Positions 1-9,006 of a stretch of 46,808 nucleotides of DNA are shown one piece after another. Location of the stretch: the NCBI GenBank assembly GCA_964449185.1, contig CAYUYN010000002.1:1-46808 (forward strand), in the 5' to 3' direction. How positions within the stretch are numbered: the first letter of the stretch is position 1; every line of letters begins with the position of its first letter. Position numbers and translations under genes: made by a program. Source of the DNA: an uncultured Anaerolineales bacterium (lineage in GTDB: Bacteria; Chloroflexota; Anaerolineae; Anaerolineales; UBA6663). Below the pieces are notes generated by a model. It saw nothing but the letters and a program-made list of their open reading frames with translations. It searched no databases and had not been told where the DNA came from.

Positions 1-677
1 CCGGATGAGCCGTTGGGAAAGCCCAGTGTGATGATGGCGCTATCGGGCGTGTCGGGCGTGCCCTCGCCGACCAGATTGGCCCCCTCTGCGTAGACTCGCG
101 CCGGCGCCTGGCCCACCAGGCCGCAGATCATGTCGAGCGCGTGTCCGGCCTCGCCAATGACGCGACCCCCGCTCAAGGCGCCGTCCAAGAGCCAGCCCTG
201 TCGGTAGGGGAACCAATCGGCGATGCGGTGGACGACCATCATGGGCGCGTGCAGTGTATCAAGCACTTGGCGCGCTTGCCGTGTGAAGGGGGCCTGGCCG
301 CGGTTGTAACCAGCGGTGTACTGCACGCCGGCCTGCCGCACGGCGGCGACCACCGCCTGGCATTCGGCGTCACTCAGCCCCATGGGCTTCTCGCAAAAAA
401 TATGCTTGCCGGCTTGGGCGGCGCGAATGGAGAGCCCGGCGTGCAGGTGATGCGGGGTGGTGATGAAGACGGCCTCGACCTCTGGGTCGGCGAAGACCCG
501 CTCCGCGTCTGCCGTGGCATAGGCGGCCCCTGTGGCCGCCGCCAGCTCCTGAACGGCCGCGACGTTGGGGTCAACCAGTGCTCGGACGGTATAACAGCCG
601 CTGGCGCGCAGATTGGGCAGGTGCACACCGCGCGCAAAACTGCCGCAGCCGATGATGGCAACGCTGAGGGGGTTCAT
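1..677 (-). CDS. Gfo/Idh/MocA family NAD(P)-dependent oxidoreductase (3' end runs off the window)
   Basis: Not in the ORF track because it is open at the window edge. My translation of the minus strand from ATG at 677 gives MNPLSVAIIGCGSFARGVHLPNL...AGKHIFCEKPMGLS, with an N-terminal Rossmann GxGxxA and the family-typical EKP motif. The ATG overlaps the TGA of the upstream gene (ATGA at 674-677). Confidence 0.8.
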   Translation of the reverse strand, partial: MNPLSVAIIGCGSFARGVHLPNLRASGCYTVRALVDPNVAAVQELAAATGAAYATADAERVFADPEVEAVFITTPHHLHAGLSIRAAQAGKHIFCEKPMGLSDAECQAVVAAVRQAGVQYTAGYNRGQAPFTRQARQVLDTLHAPMMVVHRIADWFPYRQGWLLDGALSGGRVIGEAGHALDMICGLVGQAPARVYAEGANLVGEGTPDTPDSAIITLGFPNGSS

Positions 678-1597
678 TGGGCGGTTTCCGGACCGACGGC
701 CGCCCTGGAGGCCAGCGGCACAGGGCGAGCCGCAGGGCGGACGATAGGCGCATATATGTCCGGCCGGCGGTCGGTGAGCATTTCGCTCCGCCAGATTTGA
801 TCGCCTTCGCGCGTAAAACTGTGGGCCAGGCGCGGCCGATCGAGGTCCACGCGCGCAAGCGCGAGGCCGGGATAGCGGCCGGCATCGGCCAGGCTGATGC
901 CATCGGGCGCGATGACGCTGCTATGGCCGATGAGCATGCCCGGCCGCCAGGCCTGGTCGAGGCCGCAGCCATAACAGATGGGCACGTGGATGACACCGTT
1001 ATAAATGGCCGGACTGCGCAGCATAACATTCATCAGCTCGTCACCCCAACCGCTCATCACATGCGGCCAGAAGATGATCTCGGCGCCATTCAAGGCCAGA
1101 CAACGGGCGCTTTCGGAGAAGGAGTTGTCATGGCAGATCTGGACGCCGATCGTGCCAAAACCCAGGCTAAATACCGGCCAACTGTCGCCCGGTACGATCC
1201 CCAGGGCGCATTCGGCCTGGGTGGGATGGACTTTGCGATAGGCGCCGACCAGGACTCCGGCGCGGTCCAGCACCAGCGCGGCATTGCTGGGGATGCCATT
1301 CAGGAGGCCCCAGACCGGGGCGATGACGGCCATACAGCGACGGCGCGCAACGGCGCCCAACTGATCCACGGTCTCTTCGACCGCGCCGTGGAGCTCGGCC
1401 CAAAGATTGTCGCGGGTGATGTCGATGCCCATGGTATTAAAGTGCTCGCCCAGGCAGGCCACATCGGCGCCGCGCTGGCCGGCTTGTTCCAACCAGTGCA
1501 CGGCCTCGCGGAAGTTGGCCGCGCGCTTGTCCGCATTAGAGGCGCCGCTCGGGTCGCTGGGAAGCTGTACCGCTGCAATTGTGATTTCTCGAGCCAT
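674..1597 (-). CDS. Carbon-nitrogen hydrolase (nitrilase superfamily) amidase-like protein
   Basis: 307-aa ORF. Glu-Lys-Cys triad context is visible (CLGEHF, YRKVHP, VQICHDNSF). A GGAGGT Shine-Dalgarno lies upstream of ATG 1597. Confidence 0.85.
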   Translation of the reverse strand: MAREITIAAVQLPSDPSGASNADKRAANFREAVHWLEQAGQRGADVACLGEHFNTMGIDITRDNLWAELHGAVEETVDQLGAVARRRCMAVIAPVWGLLNGIPSNAALVLDRAGVLVGAYRKVHPTQAECALGIVPGDSWPVFSLGFGTIGVQICHDNSFSESARCLALNGAEIIFWPHVMSGWGDELMNVMLRSPAIYNGVIHVPICYGCGLDQAWRPGMLIGHSSVIAPDGISLADAGRYPGLALARVDLDRPRLAHSFTREGDQIWRSEMLTDRRPDIYAPIVRPAARPVPLASRAAVGPETAQ

Positions 1598-1655
1598 GCG
1601 CTACCTCCGGCAAATGATCAGCTGTTCAGGGCAGACCGCCCAGCTTTGACTGACA

Positions 1656-2633
1656 TCACTGAACCAAAAGGGTCCGCTCGACCCTGAGGTCCACATCGAT
1701 CAGTTGCCGGCCGCCGCGCTGGTAAAGCATGGCCGCACGCCCGTCAACTTCGGCGTGGCGCGCGGCGGCTGGCAAAGACAGCGTCACCACACGGCGGTGC
1801 ACCATCTCCGGCAGGCCGGGCGTTGAGAGCTGAAAGCGGCCGGCGGCGAGCGGTTCGATGTTGAGGTGGCGGCGCGTATAGCGATAGTCCATTGGGTCTT
1901 CGACCCGCGCCAGCCACACATCGTCGCCGCCTTCGGCCACAATGACTTCCATCCGTTCGCGGAGCTGCGCGGCGGAACAATCTTTGCGCGGATGAATGGG
2001 CTTTTCCATCGGGCAGTGCAGGTAGTCGATGATCCAGCCGGCGTCGCGCCGGGCCTGCGAGATTTTTCGGAAAGGGTCAAACTCACAATCAAACGCATCG
2101 GGTCCCTGGTCATGCAGGAACACGCGGTTGAGCCAGAGCAGGTCGGCGTCATCCGGCCGGTTCAGCGCCTCGTACAATGCCATCGCGCCCAGGTAACCGT
2201 AGGCACGGCACTTCTCCAGTATCTCGTCGGTCATATTGAAGTTGCCGCCGGGCGAGCAGTAAACAGTCACCGGTTCGCCGATGGCCGCCTCCAGGACCTG
2301 CTTGGCCTCACCCAGCTCGCGATCGACATTGGCCAAGTTGAGGTAGGTGTGGGACCAGGAATGGGCTCCCACGCCCCAGCCGCGGGCCAAGAGATCGCGC
2401 AGCTCCTCCGCTCCCATGTGCTTCAGGCCGTTGTACGATGACTGCATCAGGCGCCGGATCTCGCCCATTTGGCCGACCACCACCTCCACGTGCCCGGGGA
2501 CACCGAACTCGCCCAAGATGGGGACGGTGTAGCGGTGCAGGTCGCTGAGGGCCTCGTCAAACGTAATGGAGTAAACCCAGCGCTTGTTACCTAACCAGTG
2601 GCAAACTGCAATCTCGTTGGTGGTGGTGTCCAT
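1656..2633 (-). CDS. Polysaccharide deacetylase-like (CE4/NodB-fold) protein
   Basis: The track ORF 1656-2744 begins at TTG with a Pro/Arg-rich extension. I trimmed it to ATG 2633 (MDTTTNEIAV), which has an AGGAG Shine-Dalgarno 5 nt upstream. NodB-like motifs are ITFDE (a TFDD variant) and HSWSH (HxxxH). Confidence 0.75.
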   Translation of the reverse strand: MDTTTNEIAVCHWLGNKRWVYSITFDEALSDLHRYTVPILGEFGVPGHVEVVVGQMGEIRRLMQSSYNGLKHMGAEELRDLLARGWGVGAHSWSHTYLNLANVDRELGEAKQVLEAAIGEPVTVYCSPGGNFNMTDEILEKCRAYGYLGAMALYEALNRPDDADLLWLNRVFLHDQGPDAFDCEFDPFRKISQARRDAGWIIDYLHCPMEKPIHPRKDCSAAQLRERMEVIVAEGGDDVWLARVEDPMDYRYTRRHLNIEPLAAGRFQLSTPGLPEMVHRRVVTLSLPAAARHAEVDGRAAMLYQRGGRQLIDVDLRVERTLLVQ

Positions 2634-2712
2634 GCGACTCCTAAGTCGTTGGCGACGCGGCCGCGTGCACCGGGGGCTAGGCCTGGTAGGTGCATGCGGC
2701 GGTGGATGCGTC

Positions 2713-3399
2713 TTAGCGGGTAATCTGCCGGCACGCCTGGGCAAAGTCGGCCGACAGGGCGGTATAGCCGATCAGGTGTTCAAAGTTGCGCAGCGTAATG
2801 CGGTTGATCCAGCCATAATCCGGGGCACCCTCGATCTTTGTATCGGGCATCTCGGGCGCATTCGAACAGTCGCGCAGCAAGATGACGCGGTAGTTGCGGC
2901 CCACCGCTTCGGCGCAGGTGTAGTGCAGGCAGGCACGCTGGCTGTAACCCACCACCAACAGCGTTTTGATGTCGTGGCTGCGCAGGTGCTGGTCGAGGAA
3001 GGTGTCGTGGAAGCCGCTCCAGATCCATTTAGGAATATTGCGCTCATGCGGACGCGGCGCCACGCAGTCGAGGTATTCGGGCTTGAAATCCGGTAGCGCG
3101 GCCCAGCCCTCCAGCCCTTCCATTTTCTTGGTACGGCCCCAGACTTCGGCGACGATGTTGCCGGTGTCGGCCACCAAGTACAGGTCATTGTGGACATAGG
3201 CGACCAGCATGCCGCACTCGCGCGCGGCAGCCAGCGCCGGGGCGATGAAGTTCTCGGTGGTAGGGTTGGGAGCCCGCCCATCAACATCCACCAATAAGAA
3301 GGCGCACTGCTCGAAAGTAAGCGGAAAATCTTCATAGGCGTAGTCATGGCCGCCCTCGTAATCCTTGTAGTAACGAATCGGAATGGTGATTTTCGACAT
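2713..3399 (-). CDS. Isochorismatase-family cysteine hydrolase
   Basis: 228 aa. Asp/Lys/Cys triad contexts are FLLVDVDG, PKWIWSGF and GYSQRACL. AAGGAGG lies upstream of ATG 3399. It is a paralog of 37628-38377 (shared NYRVI(L/T)LRDC and GYTA motifs). Confidence 0.8.
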   Translation of the reverse strand: MSKITIPIRYYKDYEGGHDYAYEDFPLTFEQCAFLLVDVDGRAPNPTTENFIAPALAAARECGMLVAYVHNDLYLVADTGNIVAEVWGRTKKMEGLEGWAALPDFKPEYLDCVAPRPHERNIPKWIWSGFHDTFLDQHLRSHDIKTLLVVGYSQRACLHYTCAEAVGRNYRVILLRDCSNAPEMPDTKIEGAPDYGWINRITLRNFEHLIGYTALSADFAQACRQITR

Positions 3400-3449
3400 G
3401 CTGGCCTCCTTTGCGCGCTGGCTTGGCGTTGGTGTTGCGCGGCGCGCTG

Positions 3450-4709
3450 CTAGCGCCGGTGGCGGTCTGCGACGGTGCGAACGATGTCGACAATCAATTG
3501 GCAGTGCGTGGGGGTGTAACGGTCACTGACAATCCAGCGGATAAAGACGTCGAGCACCGCATTCGCGTTTGGATAATCCTCCGCGCGATAGGTGTAAGCG
3601 CGGGAGGCCGGCGGCAGCGAGAAGGGGTAGGTCTGGCTGGCAGCCTGCTGCTGCAGGAACACTGCCGAAGCCGGCATGAGGTAGTAACGGGCCTGTCCCG
3701 CGCCGAGAATCCCCAGGTCGTGCATCTCGCGCGCGAACGTTTCGGCATCGCAGCGAAAGGCCTCCGGCTCAAGGTTGAAGCCCGCCATCCAGCAGGAGAA
3801 CACTTCCTGGTAAGCTGGGATCCGAGGCGGCGTTATGCCCGGGATGGTGGCCAGCTCCTGGTAAATCCAGCGCATCATCTGGTCGCGCTGGACCACCTGG
3901 TCGCGGATGATTTCCAACTGCGCCAGGCAGATGGCGGCGGTGGACTGCGCCATGCGATAAGCATAGCCGCACTCGGTATGCACGCGGCCGAACTGCGGGA
4001 CCATTTCGCCGCCGCGACTCTGCCCGATAAACCGCATGCGCTCGGCCAGGTGATCGTCGTTGGTCACGATGGCGCCGCCCACATCCGAGCCCATCGTTTT
4101 TTCGGCGTCAAAAGAAAAGGTGGTGGCCAGCGACAGCGTGCCCACCAGCCGGCCCTTATAGGTGCCAAAGATGGCCTGGCAGGCGTCTTCGTAGACCATC
4201 AGGCCGTGCTTTTCCGCCAGGGCGCAGATCGGGTCCATGTCGCACACGATGCCGGTCTTGTGGACGACCAGGATGGCGCGCGTTCGGTCGGTAATGCAAG
4301 GCTCGATGGTGGCAGCGCTCAGGTTAAGCGTGCCGGGCTCGGTATCGGGAAAGACGGGGATATAGTCCTCACGGCACAGCCCCTGGATTGTGCCGTAATC
4401 AGTGACCGGGCTGACAATAATCTCGTCGCCGGGCGCGAAGGGCAGGGCGGCGGCGATGACGGCCAGCGCCGGGGTGCAGCCGGGCGTAGCGATGCAGTGC
4501 TTGACCCCCACGGCTTCCGCAAAGGCCGTTTCAAAGCGTCCGACCATATCGGCCGTCAGCCCGCTGTCAATCACCTCCTGCAAGTACTTGAGGCAGTTTG
4601 GCCCCATGGTGCGCGGAAAAGCATAGGGTATCGGGCCTTCCTGGTAGGGCAGGGCCTTGGGGCCATAGGCTGCGGGGACGGCGGACGGGAGCGTAGGCGG
4701 CCTGGTCAT
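3450..4709 (-). CDS. DegT/DnrJ/EryC1/StrS-family PLP-dependent (sugar) aminotransferase
   Basis: Track ORF 3450-5054 trimmed to ATG 4709 (MTRPPTLPS). This start forms an ATGA overlap with the stop of the upstream gene. The PLP-lysine motif FSFDAEKTMGS is present, with fold-type I context (ATPGCTPAL, VYEDACQA). Confidence 0.8.
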   Translation of the reverse strand: MTRPPTLPSAVPAAYGPKALPYQEGPIPYAFPRTMGPNCLKYLQEVIDSGLTADMVGRFETAFAEAVGVKHCIATPGCTPALAVIAAALPFAPGDEIIVSPVTDYGTIQGLCREDYIPVFPDTEPGTLNLSAATIEPCITDRTRAILVVHKTGIVCDMDPICALAEKHGLMVYEDACQAIFGTYKGRLVGTLSLATTFSFDAEKTMGSDVGGAIVTNDDHLAERMRFIGQSRGGEMVPQFGRVHTECGYAYRMAQSTAAICLAQLEIIRDQVVQRDQMMRWIYQELATIPGITPPRIPAYQEVFSCWMAGFNLEPEAFRCDAETFAREMHDLGILGAGQARYYLMPASAVFLQQQAASQTYPFSLPPASRAYTYRAEDYPNANAVLDVFIRWIVSDRYTPTHCQLIVDIVRTVADRHRR

Positions 4710-5668
4710 GGCTGGCCCGCCGGGCTGGGCTCGGGGTGGAGCATGTGGGCGGCATCGCGCACAGTGCAGACCCAGGCGCGCTCGGGCTTGGCGGCCGCGT
4801 GCTGCAGCAGGGCCTCGAGCATGCGGCAGTCGGGGTCGTGCAGGTAGTGGGTATAGGGGTGCCAGAGCGGCACCCACAACTTGCGGGTGGCGTGGGCGTA
4901 GTCGAGCGTGGCCAAATTGAGGCGCAGCCAATCGTCTAGGGCGTGCGGAAGGGACCAGGGCGCCTGCCAGCCGTCGGGCACCGGCTGGTGACCGTGCTCG
5001 AAGCGCCATCGGTTGATGACGGTTTTGTCCACCTCGGGGCGGGTATCGAACCACATCCGGTCGGTCCAGGCATGGAAGGGGATCTCGATGAGCCCGTTGG
5101 GATATTGGTACGGCAGGGCGCGGTCCATCACGCGGACCCAGTCATCGAAGCCCTGCGCGTATACTGCGTCGTCATATTCGCCACTGACCCAGTGGAAGCC
5201 ATTATTGAGGATGGCGTGCTGATTTTCGATCGGCAGGTTGCGCCAACCCGCTTTGTAGCCAAACGGCCCACGCAGTAGGGTGGAGGAAACGCCGAGCTTG
5301 TCATACAGCAGCCGGTTGGCCACGGACAGCTCGAGGTCGAGCTTCGCCCCCGAGATGGTGGCCAGGGGTTGGTGGGAATACGTGTGAGAGTCGATAACGT
5401 GTCCCCGGCGCAGGATCTCCTGCAGGAAGGCGGGAGTCTCACCCTCCAGCCCATTGCACACATAAAAGAAGTGCAGGGTCACGCCGTACTGCTCGGCAAC
5501 CGTGCACAGGCGCAGGGTGTAGTCCTGCACCGCGGGCATAATGCGCCCATGATTAATGCCGTCGGGCGCATACCCGGCGCACATCTCCAGGTCATAAGAA
5601 AGTGCCACCGCGCACCTTACGCCCTCGGGCAACTGCACATGCATAGGGCGAACTGGAGGTTCCATCAT
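4706..5668 (-). CDS. Polysaccharide deacetylase-like (CE4/NodB-fold) protein, divergent
   Basis: 320 aa. The His motif is VIDSHTYSH. The first motif is degenerate (LSYDLE in place of TFDD). No signal peptide. Confidence 0.7.
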   Translation of the reverse strand: MMEPPVRPMHVQLPEGVRCAVALSYDLEMCAGYAPDGINHGRIMPAVQDYTLRLCTVAEQYGVTLHFFYVCNGLEGETPAFLQEILRRGHVIDSHTYSHQPLATISGAKLDLELSVANRLLYDKLGVSSTLLRGPFGYKAGWRNLPIENQHAILNNGFHWVSGEYDDAVYAQGFDDWVRVMDRALPYQYPNGLIEIPFHAWTDRMWFDTRPEVDKTVINRWRFEHGHQPVPDGWQAPWSLPHALDDWLRLNLATLDYAHATRKLWVPLWHPYTHYLHDPDCRMLEALLQHAAAKPERAWVCTVRDAAHMLHPEPSPAGQP

Positions 5669-5688
5669 TATTCACCGCCTTCGTGACA

Positions 5689-8600
5689 TCACGTCAAAGC
5701 GTACAGGTTACCGTCGGCACAGCCGATCAGAAGGTGGGGCCGGCCTGCTCCGGTCGGATCACAAAGGACGGGCGTGCTCAACGCTGCAGGGAGCTGGACA
5801 CTGAAGACGACCCGCCGCTGTTCATCGGGCCCGCCGCGCAGGGCCAGCAAGCGGCCGTCCCCGGTACCGAATATGAATTCCGGCCGACCGTCGCCGTCCA
5901 CATCAGCGCTGATGACGCCGGACATGGCCGCACCGGGATCGTAGGTCCAGCGGACCTCGCCGCTCGCCAAATCGAGGCAGGCCAGGACCCTGCCCAGGCC
6001 CTCCACCGGGGCCATGGGTGGGGGCCAAGTGAATACCTTACCCCAGGTCGGCGCGCCGATTTCTAAGCGACCGTCGCCGTCCACATCGGCCACAGCCCCC
6101 GGTCGCCAACCGCCCATGAAGGGCTTCCACCAGCGTTGGGTGCCGTCGCGCTGATCCACAGTCAGGGAGTAGCCACCGGCCGTCCAGGCCACGCCGATAT
6201 CCTCCGGCGCGTCGGCTCCAGTGACAAGGGTGGGCGTGTGATACCCCGCCCACTGTGTGATTGGAAAGACGTCCTGGCCGGTGGCGCCGTCCAGCGTCCG
6301 GCGCCAAAACAGGTCGCGCGTCAGAATGTCGTCGCGGCCGTCGCCATCGAAATCGGCGATGGCGGTGCTGTAGGCGCCATTGCCCGCTTGCCACACCGGC
6401 TCGGGCTGGCCCGGTGTGTACACGCCGCAACCGCCGCCATAAGCGCTGCTCGCATAGGCGGTGAAAACGTCAAACTGGCGGCCCCCGGTGAAATTGCCAT
6501 AGTTCCAAAAGGTTGGCTCCTCAGGCAGAATGGTCATCCACAGCCGCTGCCCCTCGGCGTTAAAGATCGAGAGCCGGCTCTCGGGTTGGCCAAGTAGGAT
6601 CTCTTTCCGGCCATCCTGGTTCCAATCGAAGGCGACCGGCACGGCCTGCCCCTGCCGTGAATACAATGAGTGACCGCGCCAAACGGATGGAACCTGCCAC
6701 TGCAGCTTGGGGCGCTGCCGGTGGTCAGAGGCATCCAGGCACAGCATTGACCCTGAGGCTGCGCAGACCAGCAGACGCGGCGGCGCGTCCGCCGCCAGGC
6801 TGGCGACCACCGGGCTCGCTGGAAGGCTGCCGCCGGGAAAAGTCGTTAAGGTCTGACCATGCTGGTCCAATAGGTAGAGGGTCGTATCCGCCCCGGCGTA
6901 CAGCAGGGCAAAGGCCCCGCCAGCTGGTTGTCGCGGGTGCGCGCAGAAGGTCATGACGTGGCCGTCGGGCAGAGTGTCGGGTAAGGCACAGCTCTGGCCG
7001 GCCTGGAGCGCCCCGCCGGCGTCCAGGTGGTAGTGGCGGATAATGCGGTGCGTCCCACTGTCACTGGCCGGTTGGATGATGTGCACGCCGCGCTCAGCGG
7101 CCAGGCGCAGGGGCCGGCGCAACTGCATGAAGATGGCCCACTCGTTCAGGGGAAAGCCCCGCGACGAATACTCCAGCAAGAGTTCGCCGGATGGCACGGT
7201 AGCTCGGTGGTAGGCGGTGTCGCCGGAAAACTGAAAGACATGGACGGCGCCGTCCAGCGCCATTTCCATGGAGCTCATATCCCCGTGCAGCTTCAACTGC
7301 CGGCGGCCGCGCCCTCGCGTCTCAGCCAGAAAGACGACGGGTTCACCCCTGGGCAGCCAATCCAGGGTCACCGGATAGTAATTGTCGAGGGTGAGCTTCA
7401 CCTCGCCGGTTACGGCGTTAATCAGCAGTGTCTGCCAGAGATCGCCGTCTGTCTCATCGTACAGCCCGTAGAGGATCTCCACCTGGCCGTCACCATCCCA
7501 GTCCTGCACCGAGCCCGGCAGGGTGCGCAGCTCACGTAAGTCGCGCGGGTAGTTTTGCTCGTAGAATTTGTCGTAGAGCAGGCGCAATGAACGCCCGCCC
7601 TCATTGTGGACGACGGTGATGTGCTCGCGCAGCTGCTCGGCCAGCATGATGATATCCGGGTAACCGTCGCCATCAATGTCCTGCACGATGAGCAGGCCAT
7701 AGTTCCGGCCTAGGGGCGCTTCAAGCGACATCTTGACCGCGCCCGTCCGCCCATCGTAAACGAAGAAGGAGTTGTAGGTCGCCAGGACGACTTCTAACAG
7801 TCCGTCCAGGTCCATGTCAACCAACACCACCTCCGGCGTGAAGTTGAAGTGGACGTAGTTGTAGGTCCAGAGCACGTAGCCATTCTCCAGCCCCTGGTCG
7901 AAGCTCAGGCAGTAGCCGATCTCGCTCTGCGTCCAGACGAACATCTGCAGACCGCGCCGGGCGGGATCGAGCTTGCCCAGGCGGAGCCCGCGCACGGGGT
8001 ATTCCGGATCGAGCGCGCAGCTATAGCGGGTCTGCCCGCTGGCGGCATCCAAAACAAGCACGTGGGTGGGGCTTTCGGCCCCCAGGATCACCTCCTGGCG
8101 ACTGTCCTCGTCCAGGTCGCAGATCTCGTACAGGCGGGGGCTGTCGATGTTGCGCTGCCACAGGCGCGTGCCGTCTACTCGGAAGAGACTGACGTTGCCA
8201 TCGTAGAGGATCAACACCTCCTGCGCTCCGTCGCCGTCCACATCGCGGCTGAGGATGTCGCCGTTCCAGCCGCCTAGCGGATAAGACCAGGCGACCTGGG
8301 GCGGTGTGGTGCCCCAGGCGCCGATGAGGGGCGAATGGGCGGAGTTGCGCCGATCGCGCCGGTACATGGGCCACTCGTCCGGCTGTACGGCATCGACCAG
8401 AGTTGGTGCCGCTGGTGCGTCTGCGGGCCGGGCAGGGAGGGGTTCGATTCGAACGGCCCCGATCTGCACCCGGGCGGGGAGCGCGGGCGCACCGTACACA
8501 TGCACCCGCAGGCCGGCCGACCGCGGGCCATGCAGCTTGTGCAGACTGTAATATGTGCCATTGCGAAGCATCGCCAACTGTTGGCCGCTGATCTCAAAGC

Positions 8601-9006
8601 GCCAGCGATACCACTCTTCCGGCTCCGAGCGGAAGATCAGGTACTGGAGATCCGAGCGATCCACATCCAGCTTGTAGCGGTCGCCCGCCAACTGCACCTG
8701 AAACCCCGACTGGTCGGGGCCGCCGCCAAACTCCAGGATGAGCTTGGTATCGTTCTCGGTATCGTTATCAGCAAGGCCGATTGCGTCGAAGCGCAGGTCG
8801 ATTTCCAAGGCAAAGGCTTCGGCGGGCGTAAACGGCTGCGTGGAGCACACCTCTAGGCCACCGCTCGCCCCGCCCTGGTTGACGTGAAGGTGCAACTGGC
8901 CCGCCTCGACCGCCCAGGTGCCGTCCGCGCCGCGCACCTCCCAGCCCGCCTGGAGGGCCACCCCCCAATCAGTGACCGAAAGGATAGGATCGCCAGTGCC
9001 GGTCAT
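5689..9006 (-). CDS. Large FG-GAP/VCBS-repeat beta-propeller protein with an N-terminal ConA-like (possibly DUF1080-like) domain
   Basis: 1105 aa. At least nine Ca-binding-type DxDxDG motifs are present (DVDGDG x3, DIDGDG, DWDGDG, DFDGDG, DMDLDG, DLDEDS, DWNQDG), each followed by (E/D)(I/V)(L/I). The N-terminal ~190 aa has a W..G.W.V..G.L pattern. No signal peptide. ATGA overlap with the upstream CN-hydrolase. Confidence 0.75.
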   Translation of the reverse strand: MTGTGDPILSVTDWGVALQAGWEVRGADGTWAVEAGQLHLHVNQGGASGGLEVCSTQPFTPAEAFALEIDLRFDAIGLADNDTENDTKLILEFGGGPDQSGFQVQLAGDRYKLDVDRSDLQYLIFRSEPEEWYRWRFEISGQQLAMLRNGTYYSLHKLHGPRSAGLRVHVYGAPALPARVQIGAVRIEPLPARPADAPAAPTLVDAVQPDEWPMYRRDRRNSAHSPLIGAWGTTPPQVAWSYPLGGWNGDILSRDVDGDGAQEVLILYDGNVSLFRVDGTRLWQRNIDSPRLYEICDLDEDSRQEVILGAESPTHVLVLDAASGQTRYSCALDPEYPVRGLRLGKLDPARRGLQMFVWTQSEIGYCLSFDQGLENGYVLWTYNYVHFNFTPEVVLVDMDLDGLLEVVLATYNSFFVYDGRTGAVKMSLEAPLGRNYGLLIVQDIDGDGYPDIIMLAEQLREHITVVHNEGGRSLRLLYDKFYEQNYPRDLRELRTLPGSVQDWDGDGQVEILYGLYDETDGDLWQTLLINAVTGEVKLTLDNYYPVTLDWLPRGEPVVFLAETRGRGRRQLKLHGDMSSMEMALDGAVHVFQFSGDTAYHRATVPSGELLLEYSSRGFPLNEWAIFMQLRRPLRLAAERGVHIIQPASDSGTHRIIRHYHLDAGGALQAGQSCALPDTLPDGHVMTFCAHPRQPAGGAFALLYAGADTTLYLLDQHGQTLTTFPGGSLPASPVVASLAADAPPRLLVCAASGSMLCLDASDHRQRPKLQWQVPSVWRGHSLYSRQGQAVPVAFDWNQDGRKEILLGQPESRLSIFNAEGQRLWMTILPEEPTFWNYGNFTGGRQFDVFTAYASSAYGGGCGVYTPGQPEPVWQAGNGAYSTAIADFDGDGRDDILTRDLFWRRTLDGATGQDVFPITQWAGYHTPTLVTGADAPEDIGVAWTAGGYSLTVDQRDGTQRWWKPFMGGWRPGAVADVDGDGRLEIGAPTWGKVFTWPPPMAPVEGLGRVLACLDLASGEVRWTYDPGAAMSGVISADVDGDGRPEFIFGTGDGRLLALRGGPDEQRRVVFSVQLPAALSTPVLCDPTGAGRPHLLIGCADGNLYALT

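Noticed and set aside
3411-4847. 478-aa plus-strand ORF. Similar long antisense ORFs occur at 677-1687, 11599-13242, 13289-13963, 14494-15555, 16222-16806, 21908-22756 and 34164-34778.
   Set aside because: All are antisense to genes with strong motif support, have Arg/Gly/Ala/Pro-biased composition and lack Shine-Dalgarno sites. I treated them as non-coding shadow frames.
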